A stretch of DNA of 64,000 bases from Berkelbacteria bacterium GW2011_GWE1_39_12. Its GTDB lineage: Bacteria; Patescibacteriota; UBA1384; UBA12157. The stretch is taken from assembly GCA_001029735.1 (NCBI GenBank), contig CP011213.1:720298-784297 (forward strand), read 5' to 3'. The notes beneath the pieces are model-generated. The model was not told where the DNA came from and ran no database searches. It saw nothing but the letters and a program-made list of their open reading frames with translations. Of this stretch, positions 36,148 through 46,499 are shown piece after piece (position 1 is the first letter of the stretch; every line of letters begins with the position of its first letter). Made by a program: the position numbers and the translations under genes.

Positions 36148-36506
36148 TGCAAATTATTACAACAAAACAAAAACTAGCTGGCGTGCTACACGGAATCATT
36201 GTGCTATTTGCTTATACTTCGTTTCTTTGGCTTGATTGGAAACTGATTGTTATTGGCGTGCTACTTTATTACATTCAGCTCAAAATTTTTGACGGATGTA
36301 TTTTGACTTATGCTCAATTTGGCAAGTGGAATTATTCATTTACTGCACATTACGCTGGCAAAATATTAAGGAAATTTAATGTTGATATCGAAGATAAAAA
36401 GATCAAAAGATTTATTGATATTTTAGCGCCGATTTTTTTGGTACTGGCCATAGTTTTGCAGGTAATTTTGAAATATAGACCTCTTGTAGTTTGGAAAATT
36501 TGGTAA
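36147..36506 (+). CDS. Membrane protein
   Basis: Hydrophobic; 'LH', 'GC.LT' motif; translationally coupled to the upstream gene. Confidence 0.6.
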   Translation: MQIITTKQKLAGVLHGIIVLFAYTSFLWLDWKLIVIGVLLYYIQLKIFDGCILTYAQFGKWNYSFTAHYAGKILRKFNVDIEDKKIKRFIDILAPIFLVLAIVLQVILKYRPLVVWKIW

Positions 36507-36529
36507 ATTAATTTTGTTTGGAGGTAAAA

Positions 36530-37018
36530 ATGTCAAACGAACAAAGTGAAAACGAACCGGTCTGTTGCCCGAAGTTTAATCCTGAGCCATGGGACGGGAA
36601 AGTCTTAGAATGGCAGGACAAAAAATTTATTAAAGATCACGTTAAAACTTTTATGTACATGCCGATTAATTTTGGCGGGGCGATGATGCGGCTAATGGAA
36701 AAAGTAGAGGCCGCTGGTGCTCAAACACCCGAGAACATGTGTCTTTCTGACCACACTTCGAAATGGAATATGGATCTTTATTTGGCAGTCGATAAAGAAA
36801 TCGAAGGCGCGGAAAAAGCCAATTTAAGTGGTAAATTTCTAACCAAAGTTTATGAGGGTGATTTTAAGGATACTGGCAAATGGGGTGAAGACTTTAAAAA
36901 TTTTGCCGTTCAAAAGGGCCTCAAAATCAAAAAATGGTATATGTGGTATACAACCTGCCCGAAATGCGCTAAAAAATACGGCAGGAATTACGTGGTTACT
37001 ATAGCAGAGGTAGAGTAA
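36530..37018 (+). CDS. Conserved hypothetical (GyrI-like fold) protein
   Basis: 'CCP.F.P..WD', 'L.G.FLTKV.EG', 'YTTCPKCAK.YG.NYV'; GGAGG RBS. Confidence 0.7.
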   Translation: MSNEQSENEPVCCPKFNPEPWDGKVLEWQDKKFIKDHVKTFMYMPINFGGAMMRLMEKVEAAGAQTPENMCLSDHTSKWNMDLYLAVDKEIEGAEKANLSGKFLTKVYEGDFKDTGKWGEDFKNFAVQKGLKIKKWYMWYTTCPKCAKKYGRNYVVTIAEVE

Positions 37019-37144
37019 TAATTTTTCGACCAAAAAATAAATTACTTATAATTATCCAGTTAAAGGAGGTGAATAGAATTGGAGTATTCTGCGGGAGCTG
37101 ATAGGCTTGCCAAATCTAACAAAGGACAGTATAATAGCTCCGAT

Positions 37145-38074
37145 ATGTTAGATATAATACACCAAAATCATAATATAATTCATCGAAAAAGAAAGGTTCG
37201 CGACATTTGCAGCGGAGCTGATCCTTTTGTTTTCAAAAAAAATAATCTTTGGCACCTATTGTTACAAGAAGATCTCCGACCTGATCCGGAAGCTCACCGA
37301 GGTATTGGCGGCTACACATTGCGGACGGCTCGGAGCCTAGAGGGTATTAAGAACGCAAATCCAGAGCCCTTAATTGTCGCAAATCAGGATGATCACTTAA
37401 GACAGGTTTGGGCGGCAGAAATACATAGTAATTTCTTATATGTAGCGGCATCCGAAGGTGGTAATAGGACACACAGAATGCATGTCTACCAAACCGACGA
37501 AAGTCCGCTCGGTCCTTGGAAGTATTTGGGCAAGCTTAAGACCGCCGACGGGGAAGACTTTTGGGCGATCGATTTGACGATTATCAAGATTAACGGTAAT
37601 AGCTATGGAGTTTGGTCAGGTTGGAAAGCTAATGATGATGAGTTTCCACAGCACATTTATATTTCAGAGATGCTTTCCGAAACGGAAATAGGGCCGAGAC
37701 ATCTCTTGTCATCTCCGAAAGATAATTGGTGTACCTCCGTAAAGCCGATTCTTGAAGGACCGCAAGCAATAGATATCGATGGAAAGTTCTACGGGTTGAC
37801 TATAACTGGGAATGCCAGCTGGACGAAGGACTATTCCACTTCTGTAATGAAATATCTTGGCGGAGACCCGCTGCAAAAGAGTTCATGGGCTTTTGTTTGT
37901 CAGCCGCTGTTTGAAAGCGGTTTCGGTATCGGCCATGGAATCATCGTACAAGAAAAAAAACAACTTTATTATATAGGTCATCGTAAATCTTCCGATCAAC
38001 CTGGCTGGGGAGACAGAGTTATTTTCTATGCCAGTTTGAGCAAAGAAAAACTTATAGATTATCTTGCGTCTTAA
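37145..38074 (+). CDS. Glycoside hydrolase family 43
   Basis: 'GADP', 'WAAE', 'WAID', 'WSGW', 'EGP', 'G.GH'; start placed after TTGCCA-17-TATAAT (37107-37135). Confidence 0.8.
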   Translation: MLDIIHQNHNIIHRKRKVRDICSGADPFVFKKNNLWHLLLQEDLRPDPEAHRGIGGYTLRTARSLEGIKNANPEPLIVANQDDHLRQVWAAEIHSNFLYVAASEGGNRTHRMHVYQTDESPLGPWKYLGKLKTADGEDFWAIDLTIIKINGNSYGVWSGWKANDDEFPQHIYISEMLSETEIGPRHLLSSPKDNWCTSVKPILEGPQAIDIDGKFYGLTITGNASWTKDYSTSVMKYLGGDPLQKSSWAFVCQPLFESGFGIGHGIIVQEKKQLYYIGHRKSSDQPGWGDRVIFYASLSKEKLIDYLAS

Positions 38075-38145
38075 GCCTGGAATTTTCTGGGCTTTTTTAC
38101 ATTGATGAATTTTTTTTGATACGCTATTATTGATCTAGGTAAGAA

Positions 38146-38403
38146 ATGAAGAAATATTTAGCCATTATTTCGTTTATCGTTATCATGATAGCACTCGGTG
38201 TTTACTGGATTTATTATTTAAAAAAAGCACACAGCACCTTTGAAAATTACTATGCATTCCGTGGCTGTGTTCAGTTATTATCAAAAAGTGACGAATACGG
38301 ATACTGTAAAGCTGAAAATGGCTCTATAATGAAGATTGTAAAGTACAAAGACAGGTGGTTTTTGGCAGGGGATTTACCATCTGGTCGCTTTTTTGATTTC
38401 TAA
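38146..38403 (+). CDS. Small membrane-anchored hypothetical protein
   Basis: N-terminal TM, 85 aa. Confidence 0.6.
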   Translation: MKKYLAIISFIVIMIALGVYWIYYLKKAHSTFENYYAFRGCVQLLSKSDEYGYCKAENGSIMKIVKYKDRWFLAGDLPSGRFFDF

Positions 38404-38446
38404 AGAGTAAAGATTAAAATATCAAATATTAAAATAAGGAGTTGAA

Positions 38447-38746
38447 ATGAAAAGAACTGGTTTCTTTAATGCACTTGGAACTTTGGTTTACATCGTAATT
38501 GTCGGAACAATAATGCAGAATGGCGATCGGCTTTTTGGTAAAACGGATACCTTTATAACTCCGATCATTGTCTTACTGTTGTTTACACTTTCAGCTTCGA
38601 TTGTTGGTGGGTTTATTTTGGGAAAACCAGTCATGCTTTATCTTGATGATAGGAAAAAAGAAGCAGTTTCTTTATTTCTAAATACATCTTTCTGGTTGGC
38701 AATTTTTACCGTTGTTGCCCTGATAATCGCCGCTTTGGTTAAATAA
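38447..38746 (+). CDS. Small 3-TM membrane protein
   Basis: AAGGAG RBS; 'LLF..SA...G..I.G.P..LY..G/R.KKEA'. Confidence 0.7.
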   Translation: MKRTGFFNALGTLVYIVIVGTIMQNGDRLFGKTDTFITPIIVLLLFTLSASIVGGFILGKPVMLYLDDRKKEAVSLFLNTSFWLAIFTVVALIIAALVK

Positions 38747-38758
38747 ATTAGATATAAC

Positions 38759-39037
<279 letters not shown>

Positions 39038-39120
39038 ATATACGGCAGTTTTAAAACTACTAACGGTCATTTAGTTGTGTTAAAATTGATGTAAAAATAA
39101 GCTTAATAAATTGGAGGGGT

Positions 39121-40107
39121 ATGAGCGATCAGCTAAATATGTCTGGACAAAAAGTTTCAGGCAATAAAACATTACTAATAATAATTATTCTGCTTGTTGT
39201 AATCATTGCAGGTGGAATTATTTTTTGGTATATGGGTAGCTCCAACGAAAAGCCTGCGATCAATTCACAAATAAGTGTGCCACAAGGCGCTGGTCAATCT
39301 AAAAATTCAGATGAATTTAACTGGTCTACAATGGACCAAGGCCCATACAAAGACAGGGTTTTGTACGCATTGGGTAATTCATTAACTAGTTGGGTTGATT
39401 CCGGCAAAGTCTTAGCTGAACATGCCAGTGTGCCAGAAGTAATCGTTAAAGACGGTGTTATTTATATCTATTTTGTCGATGTTTCAATCGACGGCAAGCC
39501 CGAGCAAATCGGCTTGCTAAAATCAAACGATAACGGCGCCACATGGTCTGAAAAGCAAATAATTACCATTAAAGGGCTAGGGAGCAAAATTGCTGTTGAT
39601 CCGGATCCGTATCTGCTTGGTGATGGAAAAATTCGTTTGTATTATTTTGACATTAGTACGACTAAAACCGAAGGATTGAAAAACAATGCGATTTATTCGG
39701 CAATTTCGACTGATGGCATTAACTTCACCGAAGAAGAAGGAACCCGTTTTAAGTATGCGGCCATTTTTGATCCAGATGTAATCAAAGTCGGCGATATCTG
39801 GAGAATGTATGTTGGTACGGATGACCAAAAAGTTCTTTCAGCCACTTCAAATAACGGACTAAATTTTAATTATGAAGGAATTGCTTTAAACCAGGGATCT
39901 ATTCCTAATGTAGTTTACGAAAATGATACTTACTATCTTTTTACCGGCGGCATCGAAATTTCAACTTCGAAAGACGGCAAGACTTTTACGAAAACATCAG
40001 AGAGGTTTGATGTAGGTCGCTTAACCGCTGATCCCGGAGTAGCTAAACTAAATAACGGTCAGTACTTTATGGTTTATAAGACTAAAGATGAAATACCTAA
40101 ACAATAA
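39121..40107 (+). CDS. Membrane-anchored beta-propeller protein (BNR/Asp-box, glycosidase-like)
   Basis: TM anchor; repeated S.D.G..W/F boxes (SNDNGATW, STDGINF, SNNGLNF, SKDGKTF) and DP motifs. Confidence 0.7.
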   Translation: MSDQLNMSGQKVSGNKTLLIIIILLVVIIAGGIIFWYMGSSNEKPAINSQISVPQGAGQSKNSDEFNWSTMDQGPYKDRVLYALGNSLTSWVDSGKVLAEHASVPEVIVKDGVIYIYFVDVSIDGKPEQIGLLKSNDNGATWSEKQIITIKGLGSKIAVDPDPYLLGDGKIRLYYFDISTTKTEGLKNNAIYSAISTDGINFTEEEGTRFKYAAIFDPDVIKVGDIWRMYVGTDDQKVLSATSNNGLNFNYEGIALNQGSIPNVVYENDTYYLFTGGIEISTSKDGKTFTKTSERFDVGRLTADPGVAKLNNGQYFMVYKTKDEIPKQ

Positions 40108-40131
40108 AAATATTACTATTAAGGAAGAATA

Positions 40132-40791
40132 ATGTGGAAGTGGTTTAAATGGGTTTTGTTATCGATCGGGATTATGTTTGCGATTGGGGCTTTGTTGTTG
40201 TTCCAGCCGTGGGCATTTTTGCCGCACAAACACATTGAAATTTCTTTGCCGTTTCCGAAAGAAGCTGACTCTTATACTGACTTGATTCCGATGGGGGAGA
40301 TCGAACAATGGCACAATGCTTCAACCGGCCTGCCAAATGGGCATCCGGGGATTGATTTCGGCTGGGAAAAAGAAACTGATATTTTGGCAGTTGCCGACGG
40401 ACGAATAATCAACATTCGAAAAAACCATGAGGGCCAATACATCGTTGAACAAAGCTTAGGTCTGTATTACAGAACGGTCTATCAGGAACTAAATAAACTT
40501 GAGCCGGATATCCGATTTCTTGCAAAAATAAAGAAAGGGCAGGTAATCGGGCAAACCGGACGACCGCATGTTGAAGGAATGGAGCTACAAAATAGTGCTC
40601 CTTCCAGACAGATGCATTGGGATTTTTCTTCGAGCTCTTATTTCATTAACCGAATATGTCCTGTAGGCTATTTTGATACTGATTCAAGAAAGCGGATAGA
40701 AGCCATCTGGGCTAGGGTGAAAGCTAATGGAAACTTTAAGCCGCAATATCCGGATATCTGCAACGGATACTACGAAAACATGGAGGATTGA
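40132..40791 (+). CDS. M23 peptidase-like protein
   Basis: 'H.GIDF', 'AVADG.I', 'KKGQVIG..G', 'H', 'CP'; second HxH motif is altered. Confidence 0.7.
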   Translation: MWKWFKWVLLSIGIMFAIGALLLFQPWAFLPHKHIEISLPFPKEADSYTDLIPMGEIEQWHNASTGLPNGHPGIDFGWEKETDILAVADGRIINIRKNHEGQYIVEQSLGLYYRTVYQELNKLEPDIRFLAKIKKGQVIGQTGRPHVEGMELQNSAPSRQMHWDFSSSSYFINRICPVGYFDTDSRKRIEAIWARVKANGNFKPQYPDICNGYYENMED

Positions 40792-41579
40792 TGTGGATAT
40801 GGCTGCAAAATAAATCGCATGTAAAATGGATCGGATTAGGAGCTTTAGTTTTATTAGCATCTGGTTTGGGCTTAATATTTTTCGGGCCCGACAAATCTGC
40901 CGAAAGCCCCTCACGGTTTATTCAAGCAGATTTTATTGAGCTGGATCGAATTGCCCAAATTTCAAAATTCAGATCCGGTTCCGGGCATGATTTCTCCCAA
41001 GGAACTGGTGAGACTTGCCGCAGTATGAAGCATTATTTTAATGTGCCGCACACCGAAGAAAGTGAACGATTAGGTAGGCAAAATAATTTTTTACCGCCAG
41101 CACCAGACGGCAAAACCGATATTAAAATCTACAGCCCAGTCGATGGTAAAATTGTCAGAATCGAAGAGGAACAAACAACAGGCGAACAAATATACATCGA
41201 GCCAACTAACGCATCGCAATACACCCTCCGTCTTTTTCATATTTACAAACTTGATGGTATTAAAAAGGGTTTGAAGGTTACTGCTGGTCAACAAATTGGG
41301 GTAATTGGCCAATACCAAAATACCGATATTGCTATTGAGAAGAGAGAGGGTTTTAACCCCTATTTTGTTTCGTATTTTGAAGTGATGCCAGATTCATTAT
41401 TTGCAAACTACCAAGCTCATGGGATCAAAGATCGCAGTGAATTAATTTTCTCGAAGGAATACCGCGATGCTAATCCGTTGCAGTGCAACGGCGAACAATT
41501 TTCCACCAATTATGACTCAGACCCAAATAGCGGAAATTTTGTTTATCTAACGAACCAGGCAGACGCTCGAGCAAATTAG
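40791..41579 (+). CDS. Secreted protein, remote M23/hybrid-barrel-like
   Basis: TM anchor; 'IYSPVDG.I', 'V.AGQ.IG'. Confidence 0.55.
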   Translation: MWIWLQNKSHVKWIGLGALVLLASGLGLIFFGPDKSAESPSRFIQADFIELDRIAQISKFRSGSGHDFSQGTGETCRSMKHYFNVPHTEESERLGRQNNFLPPAPDGKTDIKIYSPVDGKIVRIEEEQTTGEQIYIEPTNASQYTLRLFHIYKLDGIKKGLKVTAGQQIGVIGQYQNTDIAIEKREGFNPYFVSYFEVMPDSLFANYQAHGIKDRSELIFSKEYRDANPLQCNGEQFSTNYDSDPNSGNFVYLTNQADARAN

Positions 41580-41606
41580 AGCAGGAGAGATTGTTTATTC
41601 TCTTAT

Positions 41607-42809
41607 TTATCGGCTTTCGACAAAGGTGAGAGCAATCCCGGTTTTACCGCAGCGGCCGGTTCGACCAATGCGGTGAATATAATCGGTGTAGGTTTGTGGC
41701 TGAGTGTAATTGATAACATGAGAAATATCTTTGATATCAATACCTCTGGCAGCTACGTCGGTAGCAACTAAGATTTTAACTTGACTAGTTTTAAATAAAT
41801 TTAACGATCTCTGGCGTTGGCCTTGGCGTTTGTCGCCGTGAATTGAATCGGCTCTAAAACCTTTTGCAATTAAATCGTTTGTCAGTTTTTCAACATCTCG
41901 TTTAGTTTCTGAAAAGATTAAAACCTTGTCCGTTTCTGGTTTAGAAAGAATTTCATGAAGTTTTTCAAGTTTTTGATCTTTACTGCATCTCACCACATCT
42001 TGATCGACATTTTCTGCTGTGTCGCGGGACTTAATTTGAACAGTCACTGGATTGACCAAGAATTTATCAACTAAGACTCTGATTTTTGGTGGCATAGTAG
42101 CCGAAAAGAAAAGAGACTGGCGATCCTTAGGCAAGAGATTTAAGATTTCTGAAATGTCATCTACAAATCCCATGTCTAGCATGCGATCAACTTCGTCCAG
42201 AATAATATTGTGAAAAGTTTCTAATTTCAAGAAATTTTTATTAGCCAAATCTTTTAATCGGCCAGGTGTCCCAATGACAAAGTTTGGATTGCGTCGAAGA
42301 CTTTGAATTTGTTTGCCCATTGGCATACCGCCAACGCAGGTGGCTTGAAAAACTTTCATTGAAAACGAAAATTCATGCATTTCGTTAGAAATCTGATTAG
42401 CAAGTTCTCTGGTTGGAGCAATTATCAAAACTCTTTCGTTTTTATTTAGAAAAGCGCGGTTAATTAATGGTAGTAAAAAGGCGGCAGTTTTGCCTGTACC
42501 GGTATTAGCAAGTCCTACAATATCGCGGCCGTTCATAATGTGTTCAATTGATTGATCCTGAATCGGAGTTGGAATCTCATATTTTTTATATTGAAGATTT
42601 CGATTTAATTCTTGGCAGAATTTAAAATCGGCAAACTTATTTTTAATTTCAGTTGGTATCTCAATATTAAAATTCGTCGCTTTTTGAACGAAGCGATTTG
42701 GGTCAATTGATTCACCAAAACTACGTTTTGGTCTTCCCTGAAAACGGTTACGATTGTAGTTTGAATTGTTTCCGCCAAACTTAGATTTCGGTCTGTAGGC
42801 TTGATACAT
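41607..42809 (-). CDS. DEAD-box RNA helicase
   Basis: Q-motif PTPIQ, TGTGKT, PTRELA, TPGRL, DEVD, SAT, HGD, ARGID, HRIGRTGR. Confidence 0.96.
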   Translation of the reverse strand: MYQAYRPKSKFGGNNSNYNRNRFQGRPKRSFGESIDPNRFVQKATNFNIEIPTEIKNKFADFKFCQELNRNLQYKKYEIPTPIQDQSIEHIMNGRDIVGLANTGTGKTAAFLLPLINRAFLNKNERVLIIAPTRELANQISNEMHEFSFSMKVFQATCVGGMPMGKQIQSLRRNPNFVIGTPGRLKDLANKNFLKLETFHNIILDEVDRMLDMGFVDDISEILNLLPKDRQSLFFSATMPPKIRVLVDKFLVNPVTVQIKSRDTAENVDQDVVRCSKDQKLEKLHEILSKPETDKVLIFSETKRDVEKLTNDLIAKGFRADSIHGDKRQGQRQRSLNLFKTSQVKILVATDVAARGIDIKDISHVINYTQPQTYTDYIHRIGRTGRCGKTGIALTFVESR

Positions 42810-42953
42810 GTAGTAATCTTTCTTTTGTAGACACAAAAAAATCCGGTGTCTAATTAATTAATTTTTTTACTGCTCTAGAGAACATCGAAAAAATTAATTA
42901 AATATTTTCCGGAAATCCGTAGAACAATTTATTTGAAACTCTGTAACTAATAA

Positions 42954-42982
42954 ACTATAACAGAAATTTTTATCTTTGTCAA
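42954..42982 (-). promoter_or_regulatory. Promoter of the DEAD-box helicase gene
   Basis: Minus strand TTGACA-17 bp-TATAGT. Confidence 0.7.
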
Positions 42983-42994
42983 TCGATCAGCGGC

Positions 42995-43783
42995 TTATTC
43001 TGTTTTAGCCGTTAATCTAAGTAGCTCATTTTTAAAATATAATGTTTCTTCCCTCATGTGATCAGCTAGCTCTGGCGGAATAATCGATGCCACATTGCCG
43101 TTTTCTAAATTTTCAATTAATTCTGTTTCGCTGTTTATGACATCGTCCAGCGCCTCGATTATTTTATTGTAATCAGTGGTTTCACTTTCTAGGAAATCGT
43201 AGAATGTATCAGCGACATCTAATTGCTCTTCGATTAAGTCGGATTCCGTTGGGTCAAGTAAATGAGAGGTGAATAAGCCATGCTCCGCCATAATTTCTGT
43301 CCAAAAATTCACCAATTCATTAATATCAATCAACCGTCCTTCTTTAATATCATTTTGATGAGAAAGAATGAATTCACCTTCGCGAATCATGTGATCAAAA
43401 AACATGGGCCAAATTAAAGTATGAATATCGCCTTCTTCTTGTCTGTCTTCCATTTCTCGCATTTGTTCAATTACTTTTTCCGTTTGATCTAAGACATCGT
43501 CAGTTAACGAATCGATTTTTTCGTCGCCCAGTTCTAAATTTTTCGCCTCTTCGATGATTTCCGACATTTCCTCAATCTTAATTCGAATAGTTTTAATGTA
43601 TGGCATTAACTTTTCAAACTTAGTTGGCAGTAAAATTTCTCCTACTACTAAGTGATCTTGAAGATCATCTGCAATAAAAAGTAAGTTGGCAAATTTGAGA
43701 GCATCAGGATTTTTCGTGTTTGGGTTAGCTAGGTACATAGTAGTCATACCAGAATCATCTTTAATAATTTCGTCGCTATTCAT
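42995..43783 (-). CDS. DUF2935 domain protein
   Basis: Repeated 'DHM.RE..F', 'FW..IMAEH..F..LLDP.E..LI', 'LADHM.EE..Y'. Confidence 0.75.
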   Translation of the reverse strand: MNSDEIIKDDSGMTTMYLANPNTKNPDALKFANLLFIADDLQDHLVVGEILLPTKFEKLMPYIKTIRIKIEEMSEIIEEAKNLELGDEKIDSLTDDVLDQTEKVIEQMREMEDRQEEGDIHTLIWPMFFDHMIREGEFILSHQNDIKEGRLIDINELVNFWTEIMAEHGLFTSHLLDPTESDLIEEQLDVADTFYDFLESETTDYNKIIEALDDVINSETELIENLENGNVASIIPPELADHMREETLYFKNELLRLTAKTE

Positions 43784-43906
43784 AATTAATTTCCTTTCTT
43801 AAGTTATCGTAAAAAAATTATCCATTTTTTGATATGTGTAGTAGCACAAAACATGTTTCGAATAGACAATTCAGTTGATTAACTTGCCGAATCAACTCCA
43901 AATAAT

Positions 43907-43924
43907 TTCTCAGTTGATTCTCAG
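43907..43924 (+). promoter_or_regulatory. OmpR/PhoB-type tandem box upstream of the response regulator
   Basis: TTCTCAG-N4-TTCTCAG (11-bp period). Confidence 0.7.
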
Positions 43925-43950
43925 GAATATTTGAGATATATTAATTAGCT

Positions 43951-44649
43951 ATGAGAATATTAATTATTGAAGATGATCGAAAAATCGCTAATGCAATTAA
44001 AAAGGGTTTAACGCAAGAATCTTACGCCGTTGACCTTTCTTTTGATGGTGAAGACGGTTTGGGTTCGGCTCTTTCGGTTGATTACGATCTAATCATTATA
44101 GATCGAATGTTGCCAGAGGTTGACGGCATTCAGATTTGCAAAGCTTTGCGCGAAAAAGAAAAACAAGTGCCAATATTAATTTTAACCGCAAAAGATAAAA
44201 TCAAAGATAGAGTCGAAGGGCTAAATGCCGGGGCCGATGATTATCTGACAAAACCTTTTGCGTTTGACGAGCTTTTGGCGAGAGTTAGGGCTTTACTTCG
44301 TAGGCCCCAAAATGTTTTAGAGACAAAATTAAAAATCGCCGACTTAAGTCTAGATACCAACACTTTCGAAGTTTGTCGTGGCAAGAAAAAAATTAAATTA
44401 TCAAGTAAAGAGTTTGCCTTATTAGAATATTTAATGCGCAATCCAAATAGAATTCTGACCAAGGACAATATTATTTTGCATGTCTGGGATTACGATGCGG
44501 ATATATTGCCGAATACAGTGGAAGTCTATATTGGATACTTGAGAAATAAAATTGATAAGCCTTTCGAAAAATTGCCGGATTTGATTTCGACGGTTCGCGG
44601 GTTTGGCTACAAAATAATAATACCAAAGGAAAAAAATGACTCATTTTAA
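43951..44649 (+). CDS. OmpR/PhoB-family response regulator
   Basis: 'IED', 'D.MLP..DG', 'GADDYL.KPF', winged helix 'VEVYI.YLR.KID', 'TVRG.GY'. Confidence 0.97.
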   Translation: MRILIIEDDRKIANAIKKGLTQESYAVDLSFDGEDGLGSALSVDYDLIIIDRMLPEVDGIQICKALREKEKQVPILILTAKDKIKDRVEGLNAGADDYLTKPFAFDELLARVRALLRRPQNVLETKLKIADLSLDTNTFEVCRGKKKIKLSSKEFALLEYLMRNPNRILTKDNIILHVWDYDADILPNTVEVYIGYLRNKIDKPFEKLPDLISTVRGFGYKIIIPKEKNDSF

Positions 44650-45646
44650 ATTGGCCTACCTGAAATTGACCGGTGTTTATGTTTTGATTGTTATAATTAT
44701 CAGTGTTGGCTTTAGTTTGTCTTTATACAGAATCTCTTCGGACGAAATTGATCGCGGTCTTCTTCGACAAACGCGAACTTTCGGTAATCTTGCGCCTTTT
44801 AAAGGACAGCAATCAATTCCAGAAATAGATCAAATCAGAAAACAACAACTAGATGAAAGTAATGCTCGTTTGAAAACAAATTTGATTTATTTCAATATAT
44901 TAATTTTGATTTTGTCAGCAATCGCTAGTTATTTTTTTGCTAAAAGAACATTGGAGCCGATTGAAGAAGCGATGGAATCACAAAGCCGTTTTACTGCCGA
45001 TGCATCACACGAGCTTAGAACACCTTTAACTGCAATGAAAAGCGAAATCGAAGTGAGCCTTCGCGATAAAAAAATGAGTCTAAATTCTGCGATAAAGTTA
45101 TTAAAAAGTAACTTAGAAGAAATCGGAAAATTGGAAAGTTTGTCCACATCTTTATTGAAGTTGACACGATCACAAAATGAAACTCAAGAAAATTTTGAGG
45201 AAGTTTCTTTAGAAGATGTATTAACCGAAAGTTATGAAAAAATTGAAAGTTTAGCGCAGAAAAAAGATATAAAATTTGAAACAAAGTTAATCGAAATAAA
45301 AGCGCGAGGTGATAAGCAAAGTTTGGTAGAACTTTTTGTTATATTTTTAGATAATGCTATTAAATTTAGTCCAAAAAAATCCAAAATATTCATTACAATG
45401 AAAAAAGAAAAACACTTTGCAATAATATCGATTAAAGATCAAGGCTCTGGCATAAAAGCACTAGACTTACCCCATATCTTCGATCGCTTTTATTGCGCGA
45501 ATTCATCAAGAAATAAAGAGAAGGTTAATGGATATGGATTAGGGCTTGCAATCGCTAAACAAATTGTTGATCTTCATGATGGCGAAATTATGGTTCAGAG
45601 TAAGCCAGACAAAGGTAGCACTTTTTCTGTCAAACTACCTATTTAA
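44636..45646 (+). CDS. Sensor histidine kinase
   Basis: 2 TM; 'ASHELRTPL', 'DNA.K', 'D.G.GI', 'G.GLGL.I'. Confidence 0.96.
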   Translation: MTHFKLAYLKLTGVYVLIVIIISVGFSLSLYRISSDEIDRGLLRQTRTFGNLAPFKGQQSIPEIDQIRKQQLDESNARLKTNLIYFNILILILSAIASYFFAKRTLEPIEEAMESQSRFTADASHELRTPLTAMKSEIEVSLRDKKMSLNSAIKLLKSNLEEIGKLESLSTSLLKLTRSQNETQENFEEVSLEDVLTESYEKIESLAQKKDIKFETKLIEIKARGDKQSLVELFVIFLDNAIKFSPKKSKIFITMKKEKHFAIISIKDQGSGIKALDLPHIFDRFYCANSSRNKEKVNGYGLGLAIAKQIVDLHDGEIMVQSKPDKGSTFSVKLPI

Positions 45647-45670
45647 AAAACCGGAATTTCTTCCGGTAGA

Positions 45671-46363
45671 TTATTCCTCCCAAAGCGTTTGTCTTTGCCA
45701 CGGCCAGATCATTTTACCGACAACCAAGTCATCTTTGATCTTGGGATCGTCTTGTCGGTAGATTTGGTAATAGACATTTGCCAGACTGTAGATCTGGAGT
45801 AGACTTAGTTGGCCTTGCCAGCGGCTTCTTCCGCTACTGTTGACGATGCACAGTGCACCAACCACTTTAACGGTCCCAAATCCTTGGCAATACTTTTGGT
45901 AAAAGTTCTCTATGGGCACATTGTTGTGCCATTCGCCGTTGACCAAAAGCACATTTGAATTCAGAGGAATATCTGAGTGCCAAGCATCAACCGCATGGAT
46001 GTATTTACAGCTGAAAAGCTTGGCCATCTCATGTGCAAGCGGACCGCTATAGCCGTCCGCATAGACAAGGTAATCGATTTTCGGTTCTCTGTGGAAGAGT
46101 TTGTAATAGTCCAGAAGCTTTTGAGCAAACTCTTCGTTGGCTGCTGGCGTAGAAAGTGCCCTTGGCATATTTAGGTACGACTCAGCGAAGAAATGCTCAC
46201 CCTCTGGCTTCCATCTGCTTGGATACTTACGGTCCGATGCCACAAGACATCCGATACGTCTACCTTCACGGTCTTTCTTGCATTGATAAAATGAGTGTAG
46301 TGAAAACAGCCTTTCCAGTGTTTCTCGTTGCCTCTTTTGATCTGGATTTTCAAAAATTGACAT
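45671..46363 (-). CDS. Hypothetical protein, possibly degenerate type I PRTase fold
   Basis: 'GPLAHEMA..', 'NVLLV', 'VVGALCIVN.SG' loosely resemble an orotate-PRT layout; PRPP motif not intact. Confidence 0.5.
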   Translation of the reverse strand: MSIFENPDQKRQRETLERLFSLHSFYQCKKDREGRRIGCLVASDRKYPSRWKPEGEHFFAESYLNMPRALSTPAANEEFAQKLLDYYKLFHREPKIDYLVYADGYSGPLAHEMAKLFSCKYIHAVDAWHSDIPLNSNVLLVNGEWHNNVPIENFYQKYCQGFGTVKVVGALCIVNSSGRSRWQGQLSLLQIYSLANVYYQIYRQDDPKIKDDLVVGKMIWPWQRQTLWEE

Positions 46364-46424
46364 TCGCTCCCTCCTAAACACCGATTAGATTTTTTATACA
46401 TCGAAAATTAACTAAAAGCAAACT

Positions 46425-46442
46425 TTTTAAGCAAATTCTCAG
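46425..46442 (+). promoter_or_regulatory. Tandem box, second site
   Basis: TTTTAAG-N4-TTCTCAG. Confidence 0.55.
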
Positions 46443-46499
46443 CTCAAACTTTTATTATGAGAGTGTCTTGAAAAATAAAAAAGATTGGAGGTGAGAAAA

